Both the position numbers and the translations under genes were made by a program. DNA of 64,000 bases from a virus. Every line of letters begins with the position of its first letter. Position 1 is the stretch's first letter. The stretch covers positions 64,001 to 128,000 of the IMG/VR virus record IMGVR_UViG_3300021961_000026; one strand, written 5' to 3'. Shown here in pieces: positions 1 through 11,500 of this stretch. The notes below the pieces were generated by a model. That model had not been told where the DNA came from and did no database searches. It saw only the letters and a program-made list of their open reading frames with translations.

Positions 1-432
1 TTTCAAAATATCGTAGCCTTTAATGCCATAGCCCCAGTCACAAAGATGATGGGAAATAATGAAAATTCTATTACAGATGACCACGATAGTGCGTACTTAG
101 TTGAATCTTTAATTGAGGCCTTTGAAGATTTTATGATGGAATATACCCCAGTCTTTAAAAGAATAGGCGCCTCAGAATTAGTTTATTCTAGAAGGCTTTC
201 AGACTCAGAGGTCAATAGGCAGTCAAATGACGTTCATAAGAGAACTGTTACATATATGTTAACGACTGAAAAGCTTTTCGGGGCAGAAATTAATACAATT
301 GATCAAATTGCCCTTGATCTTAGAACATATATGTCAGTTGAGCCAGAAATCTTAATTCCTGCTACTCCTAATTATGATAACTATGAGTTAAATATAGTTG
401 ACCTAGAACAGACAGCTACTCCAAATATATAA
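1..432 (+). CDS. 5'-truncated virion protein upstream of the tail sheath (neck or tail-terminator-like by position)
   Basis: Frame is open from base 1 (FQNIVAFNAIAPVTKMM...), so the gene starts before the window. It lies directly before the sheath gene and has two ATP motifs near the C-terminus. Confidence 0.55.
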   Translation, partial: FQNIVAFNAIAPVTKMMGNNENSITDDHDSAYLVESLIEAFEDFMMEYTPVFKRIGASELVYSRRLSDSEVNRQSNDVHKRTVTYMLTTEKLFGAEINTIDQIALDLRTYMSVEPEILIPATPNYDNYELNIVDLEQTATPNI

Positions 433-547
433 CTTTAATTATATAAAATAGATACTATGATCATTTGTGTAAGTTATTTTTATAAGTTACTTGTTACTAT
501 TACATGAGATAAACCAACAAACGCTTAGTCGGAGGTTCAAAAATAAG

Positions 548-1801
548 ATGGCTATACCTGGCGTAACAACCCTAATTAGAGATCGCTTTTACAGCATTTC
601 TCGTCAAGATGCACCTGTTGGTCCAAAGATTGTGGCTATAGCCAAAAGATCATCTGGCGCAACTTCCGCATCTAGCGTACAAGACCTTGACGTAGTTCAG
701 GCTACAACTGAAAAAGACGTTATTGACGTTTTCGGTGATGGTTCTGACCTTCATAAGGCTTTTCTAGAATTAGTATCAGCAGGAGCACAAAGAGTATTCC
801 TTGTGCCACTTCCTTCAGATACTGTATTCAGTGATTCAGCTGGAACTATTACCAGTTCATCATTTGGTGGCACAGCTGCAGAGCTACTAGACGCAGCTTT
901 CGCAGCTGCAGAGTCAGTCCTTCCAGATGTTATTGTTCCTTGGGGCAGAGGTGGAAATTCAACAGACTGGAATGGAACAGCAACTCCAAACACCAATGCA
1001 ATTGGCTTCTTTGCCAATAACTCTTCAACAGTTGCTAATAGCTGGGCATATAAGATCGGCGTAAAAGTAAAAGATATTGCAACTAATACACATCCATGTG
1101 TTGCAGTTCTTGGTGTTGCTCCATATGATGATGGAAGCAATGAGTCAATGACTCCAGCTCAAGCTAATACTCACCTTGGTCTTAGCGCACTTGCTTCAAA
1201 AGAAGATTCAACAATGAAAGAAGTTGGACCATACGTCGTTATTGTTGCATCTGAAGTGAAGCCAGTCAACTACGAATCAAATGGTGTTAATTTCGGTTAT
1301 GCTAATGGCGCAGCAGCACTTGCTGCAACAATGAGTAAACTTTCATCATACTCAGCAATTACGAATAAGCCATTGTACAATGTGCAGGCTCTTCGTTATG
1401 CGCCAACAAGAACTCAGCAAGAGACCTTGACTGGTAAGGGCGTTAACTGTGTTGTCCTTAACTTTAATAAGGTTGCAGTTTTTGGCGATGGAGTAACCTT
1501 TGCGGCGTCTGCATCTGACTTTGTTAGACTTTCAACAAAGAGAATAGTTGATGACGCAGCAAATCTTGTTCGTCAAGCAACACAAAAGTTTATTGGAGAA
1601 GCTTCCAGTGTCCAGATGAGAAACTCAATGGAAACTGCAATCTCTTCAGCTCTACGAGGCATGCAACTATTAGGTGCCATCTTGGAAAGTGATTTTAACG
1701 TAACTTATATCCCAAGTCAAAATAAGGCGATTGTAGACCTCGTTGTAACACCTGCATTTGAACTCAAGTCAATTGAGGTGCAGATAGCCATTAACATATA
1801 A
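548..1801 (+). CDS. Tail sheath protein
   Basis: Likely start MAIPGV at 548 after GGAGG (531-535). Has a sheath-type N-terminus (PGV) and C-terminus (RLSTKRIVD...FIGE...IVDLVVTPAFELKSIEVQI), and is followed by a tail tube gene. Confidence 0.9.
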   Translation: MAIPGVTTLIRDRFYSISRQDAPVGPKIVAIAKRSSGATSASSVQDLDVVQATTEKDVIDVFGDGSDLHKAFLELVSAGAQRVFLVPLPSDTVFSDSAGTITSSSFGGTAAELLDAAFAAAESVLPDVIVPWGRGGNSTDWNGTATPNTNAIGFFANNSSTVANSWAYKIGVKVKDIATNTHPCVAVLGVAPYDDGSNESMTPAQANTHLGLSALASKEDSTMKEVGPYVVIVASEVKPVNYESNGVNFGYANGAAALAATMSKLSSYSAITNKPLYNVQALRYAPTRTQQETLTGKGVNCVVLNFNKVAVFGDGVTFAASASDFVRLSTKRIVDDAANLVRQATQKFIGEASSVQMRNSMETAISSALRGMQLLGAILESDFNVTYIPSQNKAIVDLVVTPAFELKSIEVQIAINI

Positions 1802-1826
1802 TTAACCGACTGGAGGGTAATAAACA

Positions 1827-2519
1827 ATGGCAGATTCAGACCAACTACCGGTAAATAAGTACCTTAATACTTATACCACATTTTCTGGTGCAGATATTGT
1901 AGCCACTTTTGGTGGCGTTGAAATTGGCGCACTTTCAGGCATCACCTTCTCTGTAACAAGAGAAAAGGCTCCCATTTACACAATGGGTTCACCAAATCCT
2001 CGTTCCTTCTCAAGAGGTAAAAGAGGCATCGCTGGCTCACTGATTTTCACTGTCTTTGATCGCCCAGCTCTTTATACAATGCTAGATAAGCATTACAGCA
2101 ATACTTCATCAGCAATGCACTATTACACAAGAGCTCACAACACTCTTCCTGGTGATGGTGCAGCTTCGGCTGGTAGAGGTATTCCAGGAATTGGTTCAGA
2201 ACTTGGTTGGACCAAGGACGTAGTAAAGAAAGTTCCTTACTATGCTGACCAAATTCCACCATTTGACATTACAGTTACATTTGTTAATGAATATGGTAAT
2301 GCTGCAGCAAGATCAATCTATGGCGTAGAGCTTCTCAACGAAGGTTCTGGTGCTTCAATGGACGACATCGTCATTGAAGAAACTATGACTTATGTTGCTA
2401 GAGAACTCGGTCCAATGTATGCAATAAACATTGATAAGTCAAATGATCAAACATTGGCTCAGTCAATTGAAGACATTGGCGTTAAGACTGGTCTAAAGAC
2501 TGGAATCATTCGTCCATAA
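1827..2519 (+). CDS. Tail tube protein (major)
   Basis: Follows the sheath gene with a GGAGG RBS. Motifs FSGADI...REKAPIYTMG...RGKRGIAGSLIFTVFD...PPFDI are typical of large-myovirus tube proteins. Followed by a terminator. Confidence 0.8.
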   Translation: MADSDQLPVNKYLNTYTTFSGADIVATFGGVEIGALSGITFSVTREKAPIYTMGSPNPRSFSRGKRGIAGSLIFTVFDRPALYTMLDKHYSNTSSAMHYYTRAHNTLPGDGAASAGRGIPGIGSELGWTKDVVKKVPYYADQIPPFDITVTFVNEYGNAAARSIYGVELLNEGSGASMDDIVIEETMTYVARELGPMYAINIDKSNDQTLAQSIEDIGVKTGLKTGIIRP

Positions 2520-2539
2520 TTTATTTGGATAAGTAAGTG

Positions 2540-2580
2540 ATGGTGCACGGGAGCTTGTCTTTCGTGCACCATTCTTTTTT
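2540..2580 (+). terminator. Rho-independent terminator
   Basis: Stem ATGGTGCACG / CGTGCACCAT followed by TCTTTTTT, immediately after the tube gene. Confidence 0.85.
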
Positions 2581-2593
2581 ATAGGAGGCTATT

Positions 2594-3307
2594 TTGCCAG
2601 TAGTAAATGCTCAAAAAACTCAAGCTACAGCCAGTAACTTGACTGACAATATTAGCAACTCACCATTAGCCAACATGTCATATTCTGGTGCAGACATTGT
2701 AGCTACAATGATAATACCAATTATTGGTCAAGATGGAAAAATACAAAGCACTGGAGATGTTATTGAGCTTGGTGACCTTCAAACTGTATCTTACTCTATT
2801 CACAGAGAAAATACTCCAATAAGGACTTTAGGCCACTCAAATGTAAGAGGTTTCGTTAAAGGTTCTAGAACTATTGCTGGATCACTAATATTTACAGTAT
2901 TTCATGAGTACGCTTTTTATAAAATTAAACAATATAAAAATTACTTAGCTGATAGCAAAGGTTTTTTTGCTCCACTAGCAGACATGTTACCTCCATTTGA
3001 TATTGTATTTACATTCTTCAATGAATATGGTGTTGCCTCCAAGATGAAGATATTCGGCATTACTATAGTAGATGAAGGCCAAACCATGTCGATTGATGAC
3101 TTAATTACCGAACAAACATACACATACATGGCAAGAGGTATTCAACCAATGGTGCACATGGTTGGAGAAAAAGAAAAGATGGCCTACGCACAGGATCAGC
3201 AAAATATAGCTGACCAAATTAATAAAAATATATTTGGTGACGATGAATCTGGAAATCAAATATCAACACTTTATAATAATTTTATAGATGAAGTTACAAC
3301 CTTTTAA
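2594..3307 (+). CDS. Tail tube paralog (tube initiator or baseplate-proximal tube-like protein)
   Basis: TTG start after AGGAGG. Shares YSGADI, RE.TPI, G.RTIAGSLIFTVF and PPFDI..TF.NEYG with 1827..2519. Confidence 0.75.
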   Translation: MPVVNAQKTQATASNLTDNISNSPLANMSYSGADIVATMIIPIIGQDGKIQSTGDVIELGDLQTVSYSIHRENTPIRTLGHSNVRGFVKGSRTIAGSLIFTVFHEYAFYKIKQYKNYLADSKGFFAPLADMLPPFDIVFTFFNEYGVASKMKIFGITIVDEGQTMSIDDLITEQTYTYMARGIQPMVHMVGEKEKMAYAQDQQNIADQINKNIFGDDESGNQISTLYNNFIDEVTTF

Positions 3308-3316
3308 GGAAAATTT

Positions 3317-4312
3317 GTGACAGAGCAAATGCGATTTAATCCGCTAAATGCAAAACTAGATCAGGTTTGGGCTGGTGGATCTCAATCTTATGAAACAGAT
3401 AAAAGATTTAGTAATTATTACGATTACTACTTTGCTGGCGAAGATATTAAAGTATATATCGATCCACTTTTTAGTCAGGATAATGAATTAGATATAGCAT
3501 CTTTTTCCTATGTTATTAAACAGGAAAAGCAACCACTATATGGATTTTGGTCATATAACTATGACACCATGCTTATGGGCACCAGATTAATCACTGGAGA
3601 GTTTACCGTATTTACAAGATCTCCAAGAAGAATGACCGAATTGATTGAGGCCGCAACAGAAGCAAGAGTCCTAGATCCTAATCCTAAAAATTTTGGTGGG
3701 GTATTTTCTTCATTAAGAAGAGGAAAATATACATCAGTCGATGAAGCGGGTATGAGAAAAGAATTGTACTCATCAGAAGCTGATGAAAAAAACCTACAGA
3801 AGTATTGGGGATATTCTCAGTTAGATAGAATTACTGAAGATCCATTTATTAAAAATGTTAAAGATTCAAATAGAAATATTTTTAGTGCTCACCCACCATT
3901 TAACTTTGTTGTTCTTTATGGGGCCCAGGAAGCCTCGCTTAGTCCAATGAATTACACTTCTTCAGTAGGAAGAGAAATAGACAATCTAGACAGAATGATC
4001 GCTTCGGATACAAACGAAAGAATGGTCAAGCTAGATAACGTTATTAGTCCTATGAAGATAGTTCTTCAAGAAGTTAATTTAATTTCTATGGCTACAATGT
4101 ATTCACCTGGTGGCCAACCAGTCGCTGAGAATTATCAATTTATAGCAAGAGACACCTATATGACAGAAGGTGATCTTGGCTTTACTAAGAGCATGATTAC
4201 ATCAGTTACATCTGATGCCGAGGACGCTGCATCTGAAATACAAAAAGATGGAGAAGGAAATGCTGAGCAGAGAAGAACCAATTTAACTAATGGTAAGGCT
4301 CAGTATCTATAA
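3317..4312 (+). CDS. Second, diverged tail tube paralog
   Basis: FAGEDI, QEKQPLYG, GTRLITGEFTVF and HPPFNF echo the tube motifs. Confidence 0.65.
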   Translation: MTEQMRFNPLNAKLDQVWAGGSQSYETDKRFSNYYDYYFAGEDIKVYIDPLFSQDNELDIASFSYVIKQEKQPLYGFWSYNYDTMLMGTRLITGEFTVFTRSPRRMTELIEAATEARVLDPNPKNFGGVFSSLRRGKYTSVDEAGMRKELYSSEADEKNLQKYWGYSQLDRITEDPFIKNVKDSNRNIFSAHPPFNFVVLYGAQEASLSPMNYTSSVGREIDNLDRMIASDTNERMVKLDNVISPMKIVLQEVNLISMATMYSPGGQPVAENYQFIARDTYMTEGDLGFTKSMITSVTSDAEDAASEIQKDGEGNAEQRRTNLTNGKAQYL

Positions 4313-4375
4313 TATATTTGATTTAAATATCAAATAAATGTATAATGTTATGATCAACGTTGAATAAGGAGAATT

Positions 4376-4876
4376 ATGTCAGAAAAAAGAAAGGTGGTTG
4401 TTTCTAGCAACCCCGAACTAGCACAAAGCTTAGAGGCTGAAGAAGCCTATACTGCAGCTGTTGTAGAAGAAGACTATCAAGACGAAGAGCCAGTTAATAG
4501 AGTTGAAGATCTTCCAGATGAGCAAGAGATTTGGGAAGATGGCCCAACCGCTGGCATGGTCAAGCAGTGGAAAGAACAATTTGGTGATGTTTATGTTACA
4601 TCAATTTCTTTTGATAAACACATTGCATGGCGTGTTCTGACACGCGCAGAATATAAAGGTATTGTAAAGAAGATGGAGCAAATGATTCAAGCTGGAACAC
4701 TTTCTTCAGCTGAGGCTAATATGTGGAACGAAGAGGCTATTTCAGATCTATGCATATTGTATCCAGAATTGGATAGATCAGAGATGAATGGGATTATGGC
4801 TGGAGTTCCTTCACTAATTGCCCAGGAAGTGCTAGAGGCTTCTGGTTTCGTAGCATTGGAAGTTCGTCAGCTTTAA
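4376..4876 (+). CDS. Tail assembly chaperone-like protein 1
   Basis: Acidic protein between the tube genes and the tape measure, with an AAGGAG RBS. Motifs WKEQFGDVY...WRVLTRAEY...G.P..IA..VLEASGF. Confidence 0.6.
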   Translation: MSEKRKVVVSSNPELAQSLEAEEAYTAAVVEEDYQDEEPVNRVEDLPDEQEIWEDGPTAGMVKQWKEQFGDVYVTSISFDKHIAWRVLTRAEYKGIVKKMEQMIQAGTLSSAEANMWNEEAISDLCILYPELDRSEMNGIMAGVPSLIAQEVLEASGFVALEVRQL

Positions 4877-4880
4877 AAAA

Positions 4881-5507
4881 ATGGAACCAGAAAAATTATA
4901 CGAGCTTAAAAAAAATTATGGCTCTGTATTTACAGCAACAGTAAAAAATACTGAAATTGTATTTAGGGAGCTAACATTTAGCGAGTTTGATAAAATTGCT
5001 GAGTATCAAAATTCGGAGGACTATTCTTCGGTAGATACTGAGGATATAATTATTAAATGTGCCGTCGTACATCCTGATGATTTTAATATTGATAAAATAC
5101 CACCAGGAATAGTTGCATCTTTAGCTAAGCAAATAATAGATTTTTCTGGTTTTTATTCCGCTAAACTAGCAAAATATATCCTTGAAGAAAAAAGGGATCA
5201 CGCTAATCAAGTCAGAAGCTTAATGAAAGCCTTTGTTTTAGCTACTATAACATCATATTCTCCGGAACAATTGGATGATATGACGTTTTCTCAGCTGGCT
5301 GAAAAAGTCGCTCTTTCAGAAAAGATTATAGAAATTAAGCAGGCTATCAATGGAATTCAATCTACTGATTTAAAGCTAGAACTAATAGATCCAGAAGAAG
5401 AGCAAGAAAAGCAAAAGCAAAAAGCTGCTCGTCACAATCTTTCCAAGAAAGAAGGAGAAGCAGAGTACGATGACCCTATTGCTCAAAAACTTTGGGGTAT
5501 GCGTTAA
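4881..5507 (+). CDS. Tail assembly chaperone-like protein 2 (paralog of the previous gene)
   Basis: LKKNYGSVF...FRELTFSEF...GIVASLAKQIIDFSGF parallels 4376..4876. Directly precedes the tape-measure-like gene. Confidence 0.55.
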   Translation: MEPEKLYELKKNYGSVFTATVKNTEIVFRELTFSEFDKIAEYQNSEDYSSVDTEDIIIKCAVVHPDDFNIDKIPPGIVASLAKQIIDFSGFYSAKLAKYILEEKRDHANQVRSLMKAFVLATITSYSPEQLDDMTFSQLAEKVALSEKIIEIKQAINGIQSTDLKLELIDPEEEQEKQKQKAARHNLSKKEGEAEYDDPIAQKLWGMR

Positions 5508-5526
5508 ATATAAAGAGGAGTAAACC

Positions 5527-8500
5527 TTGATAAGAGATCGTGGGCCTATCAATAATTTAGGCTATGGTATTACATCTAGGGATCTTCCTTTTAATGAAGG
5601 AGAAACAGAGGGTGTTTCTCGCGATAGTGGTTATGTATCTAAAGCGCTTGATGGTCATCCCGTCATGCGCTTTTTTGCGCATACAGCAGCTTCTATGGCG
5701 GTTGCTGGAGTTATTGGAGCTGGTCTTAAAAAAGGTGGATTAAAGTTAACGGAAAAACTCCAAGAAAAATTATCCACAACAACCATTAAAGATATTGGAC
5801 AAATAAGAAAGCATCTAGATGAACTTCAAGGTGTAAAAAGACATATTGAGGGAGTTAATGATCCCTATGAAGCATTAGTATTTAGAGATAAAGATTCAGG
5901 TGAACTAACAACAGGTTATCTTGGTAGAGATAGTGAAGTTCATAGGGGGCTTTATTTAACCAGTGATGAAATTCAACAAGCTGGAAGAGGACTAACCTCA
6001 GAACCCGCTGCTGTATGGTCACTTAAAGATGATATTCAAAAGAAAATTATTAGAGCCGGAAGAAGAATGCCGTACGAGCTTCCAGCTCTTTATATATCCC
6101 AAAGGGGATTGAGTGACCAGGTATTTGGTGAGGGAGAAAATAAAAGAAAATTAAATTGGTATAACCCAGCTGATGTTATCTCTGATTTTGTCAAAACATC
6201 AGTATCAAATGTTGCTACTATGGTTTTACCATTTGAGGTAGCTGGAGCAGGGGCTTCCGCAGGCAAAAGGTCATTGAGCACCTTTAAAAACTCAATGCAA
6301 CACCTCAATGAGCTAAGTCCCATAAAACAAAAAAGCTATAAAGGATTTGTTGATTTAACAGAGTTGCTCGGAGAAGTCGGTCACGATCTAGCTTCTTTGT
6401 CAAATAGATTTTTACGAACAGCATCTCAAACATCAGGAGCATTTAACGCAGCCGCAAATGCTTTAGCTGAACAACCCAGAATAGTCGACTCTTTACATAA
6501 AGCCCGTTTTGGCATGAAAGAAGCCAGAAGAAGGTCTGTGCAAGCACAGGAGAGTCAACTCAAACGTGCTGGGCAAATGGCCAAAGGTTTTGCTTTTGGT
6601 ATTGATGATGAATATGGTGCACTCGATGCAATCCCTGCATTTAGAGGTTTAACTCAAGCAGTTAAAAAAGGTCGCCAAGAATTTAAGTTATTTGGTCAAG
6701 GCTATGACGCTGTACAAAGTTCAGTAAAATACAATCAATTGCTCTCATCTGGAGTTTCTAGAGACGAACTTCAAAGGGCGATGAATACTATTCAGTCACA
6801 GTATTCAAGTAGATTTTCTAAACTATCTAGTCAAGTTGCAATATTGGGTGGCGGTGGTCCTGGAGACAAGTCTTTTAATAGATCTGATTTTTCTCTGGGA
6901 CAACAGCAAACTGAATATAAAAAGCTCCTAGCAAGAAATCTAGAAAGAAAAGGTTTAACTACAGAAGAGGCAGAATCTTTTGCTACACAACTAAGAGTAG
7001 TTGGATTGACAAAAGGTACAGATCCAACAAATATTGTTTCAATAGGAAGAAACAAAATAACCGCTGAAGGCGACGAATATTATAGGCAGATGATAGATCG
7101 CTTTAAGGGCGTTAAGGGTGGAAAGGACCTGGCTGAAAAGTTTAATGCTTTAGCAGGCACATCGTCTAGTTCAGAAGCATTCCTTAGAAATATTATTGAA
7201 GACTCAAATGCTCAGTTCTTCTCTAAAGAATTTCAAACTCTTACAAAAAACAAAATAGCTAATCAATGGAATTCTTTTTATAGAGGTGATTTAGTAGATA
7301 TAGCTTCTAGTTTTTTAAAGCCACAGAAAGCATTGTTTCATGATTTTGTCGGCCCATTAGGACCAGGTAAGCAAGAGTTTTTACAGAGAAAAACTGCACA
7401 ATCATTAGGCTTAAAATTAAAAGATTCAACTGGCAATATTGTTTCAAACGATATAGTCAAAGGCCATCTAGCAAAAAAGGGCTATGATCCAAACAATTTT
7501 GTTCAACTAAGATCATTCTTAATTGAACGAAATAAAATGAGTTCTGGAATATTTAATAGCGGATTTAATTTATTTGGTCTTAAACCCATGCTTCTAGATG
7601 AGGCAATATCTAGTGGTAGATTCCAATCTAAGAATGCAAATGAGCAAAAAGTTATTGGTGATTTAGCCAAGAGAATGGCCCTAAATGATCCAGTATCTAA
7701 AAGTATTGGTCTAACTAGATTAGATGGAGTTTACAAAACTAGATCAGGAAATGTTCTTGATTTTAGTTCAATAAAGAAAACTTTTGCGGGAGTCGCTGAC
7801 TTCTTTGCTAGTGAATTTCATATACCAATAGTTAAGTTAAATGTAGCGGATCTATTTGGTTATAGATCATTTTCAGAAATTGCTAGGAGAGGACCTCTTC
7901 AGTATTCTCCAGGCATGACAGTTCAACCATTTGGTGATTTAGCAAAAACAAAATCTGATTTTCATATATGGCATAGCACTGGTGGATTTTTAGGAACAAA
8001 AGGAAAGGTCAGTACATACTCAACAGATAGTTTTTCTGGTGCAGTGTATGGAAATGAGTTAACTGGAACATATAGGCCTGTTCCCACCAATAGTACAGAG
8101 ATGTTTTCTCGTCATGCAAGACTTTCTTCTGGAATGGCTGGTGAAGCTAGTTATGATATATCTGGTAGCTCAGGATCAAAGTTCTTAGATTTTGTATTAG
8201 GGAATTCTCAAAGAGCTAGGGGATTTAAAAATGCTATGGCGATAGATGCCGAGCAGCCCAACTCTTTATTTGGTTTAGGTAAAAGATTTCTATCAAGAAA
8301 TAGAGATATTAATAATCCAAGAGTATTAGGAAAATTAATTTCTGGAGAAGAAGTAAGATATAAATCTGGAACCACCTATAAAACTATGAAGTTAGATGTA
8401 GGTGGAAATGGCCTACGAGTTATAGACGATGCAGGAAATGCAGTAGCTGGCATAGAAGAATCAGATATATTAAGAGCATATAATTCTGTTAGAAAGCAAT

Positions 8501-11500
8501 CATTTAGATCTGGCTTTTCTTCTAAATTTATGAGAGAACTAGAAGACTCAAATCAGGGTTTATTTACTTTTGGTCCTATGGGATCTAGAGTGTCTCAGGT
8601 TGGTTCTCCTCAAGATATGACCTCCATGTTAGACGACATAGAGTCAGCTCTTCCTGGAATGGCTAACCTAATTAGGCAGCAGGGATTAGATTCCTCAGTA
8701 GTACAAAAGATGTACTCTAGAATTAGGAACCTTAGATCAGAGGCCGATCTTCTTTCTAGATCTCAGCTATCGGGTAGAACTCCATCTATTAATACAAGAT
8801 TAGAAGAAATTAAATCTGAAACATTTAGATTTATTGCTCAATCAAATGCATTAATTGGATCTGGCGCCCAATCAAAAGATGAGCTTTTTATAACGATGCA
8901 GTCTGTTCTGCAGAATATGAAAAAGTCTCTTCCAGCAGCACAACATGCAGAAGCACAAGCCGCAGTACTATCAACGCTTTTTAATATTAATGCGTTTAGC
9001 ACATTTAAGCAGGGCATTCCTAATATGGAGAATGCTCGCCAAGCTGCAATATCATTTTTCAATATGTCCCAAGGACAAGCTGGTCAAGCTGTCAGGGAAG
9101 CTATTAGTCCTTTTACAAAGGGTACATTTGATTTAATTGGAACAAATGTAAGAAAGCCATTCTCTACATTTATTCCTCAAATGAAAAGAATCTTTGGTAC
9201 AGCTCAATATGAGCTAGATGATTTGTCTACAGATGTTTTGGGTTCGGGCCAAAGAACTACGTTTGTTCCTACATTTGGAACAGTCTTTGGAAAAAATCCA
9301 ATGGCAGCAATAAAGAGTGCCCTAGGAATTAATACATATTCTAATCCAGAAGGTTTTTCTGGAATGTCCGTACCTATCTCTCAAGGTGTTGAGCGTCTAA
9401 ATAAATATTTTGGAACGCTTGGTATGCAGCTAGATGTTTCCAAGTTTAAAGGTCCATTAGATCTTTATGCAAGAGGAATGGTCGCAAAAAGGGTTCTTCC
9501 AATCTATGCTGCTGGTACAACTGCTATGACAGTTGATAGAACTATTGGCGGAATGGTTGGAGAAAGGGATCAATATGGAGAAAAAGTATATTCCCCATAC
9601 TTTACAACAAAAGCTGCAAGAGGTGTTGTTGAACTTCAATCTTTAGTTGCCGGCCTTGCTCCTGGTGGAATGACCGCAGACGAGAAGAAAGAGCAACTTC
9701 TTGATGGGGAAGTGCCAATTAGGCAGGGTAGATTCTGGCCACTTGGCAATACTCCATTCCAAGGTGGAAAGATTATGTACTATCGTCCATCTTGGTATAG
9801 AAAACTTCAGGGTGGAGCACTATTTACTGATGACACTTATGGAAGTCCAGCAGAAAAATTCTTATTCTACAATGATATTTCTCCTTTAAGACCTTTAGAT
9901 CCATACAGATTTGAAAGAAAACATTACGCAGACAGACCATATCCAGTAAGTGGAGAGTATTTCAGTGGTCCATGGGGTCCATTAACATCAATGCTTAATG
10001 CAACTGTTGGTAGAGTATTGAAGCCACAGGTATCAATGCACGATGAAGAAGTTATGCAAGCTCTTGGCGGATATGTGCCAGCAGGTCAATTTGGCGCATA
10101 TAATACAGCAGGTTATTCTTTTGGAGGATATAAAGCTGGTGTAGCTGGAATTGGTGGGGGTGGATCAGGGCCTGGATTTACTGCTCCTAATTCTAGCGGA
10201 ATGCAGATAACCGGACAAATGATGGGCGCTAATAATGCAAGGTATGCAGCTGCAGCAGGCATGCCGTTAGCAACGGCATCAAATATAACTCGAGATGCTA
10301 TAGCAGGATTAAATGCTCCGTTAATGCAAATGTCCTATGGTCCACCAAAGCAAAGGGGAGTCATGGCTCCCCCAATAGTTCCTGCTGGAGTTCCAATGTC
10401 TAGCGGTGCAGCTGGATATCAAATGGGTGAAATCGGATATAGAACTCAAGAAATGTTGGGTATTTATGGTTTCGGTTTTTCTAGCCTTAGAGAAAAGTTT
10501 GGTTTTGGCAAAGGAGACTTTGAGCCAGATAAAGCCGTGTTACAATCAGCATCAAAGGCCTATGGAACAAGTAGAGCTTTCTGGGATCTAAATCTAGGTG
10601 GTCTTGGCGACGTCCCATTAACAGCACAAGGTGCATTGGGTAACTTAGAATTTTCTGAAATTATTAGAAGATTTATTCCAAAAGATAGAACTGGTGTTGA
10701 TTATTTAAATCCCATTAGAAATACAATGGGTCAACAATATCCCTTTTTACCAGGAGCAGAATATTTTACTGACTTTACTCGCGGAGATCCATTTACAAAA
10801 ATTTCAGAAGGAGAACTAAGACTTCCTGGAATTGGGTACGAAAGATTTAATACATTATATTCAGATCAAACTGGTAAATATGGAGTTTTAAATCAATTGG
10901 ATATTCTAGCTGATGTTGCACCATATTCTCAGCAATTTAAATCTGTTAATAAATTAGCCGAAAAAACTATAACTGATCCAGGTCAAAGAACAAGACTCTT
11001 AGAAATACAATCACAAGTAGCACAAACAACAAAAAAATATTCCTTTAGTCCTTACGAATATAAAGATAAAACAGCTAGTGAAGCCGGAATGCATCCAACG
11101 CTAATGAGGGCAGCAAAATTTGGAGAATACATAGCACATAGAGATACATTATTTAATACTAAATTTTTACAGAAAAGAACCGCAGTTGAAGATTGGGAAA
11201 GAAGAAATGTTTATGGTTCAACCTTCCCAGAATGGCAAAGGCCATTTGAAAGCTTTATTCAACCAATGATTAATAGAGCTACACAAAGAGATCCATTGTC
11301 TGCTGCAGCTGCTTTGGGTTTTTCTGGTTCATTGTTTGGTAGAACTCCAAGAGCAAAGATGTTTGGATCATTAATTGGAGCTGCAACTGGTTTTACAGCT
11401 TCAACTCTTGGAAATGCCGTAGAAACAATTAGTGGAGAAAGATATGTTCCAAGGGAAAGAAGAAAAGAACTTGCCCTAGAGGAATATACTGATATTTTAA

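Noticed and set aside
491-547. In-frame CGG-AGG at 530 in the ORF-track N-terminus of the sheath
   Set aside because: This is the Shine-Dalgarno for the likely true start at 548, so it is probably untranslated.
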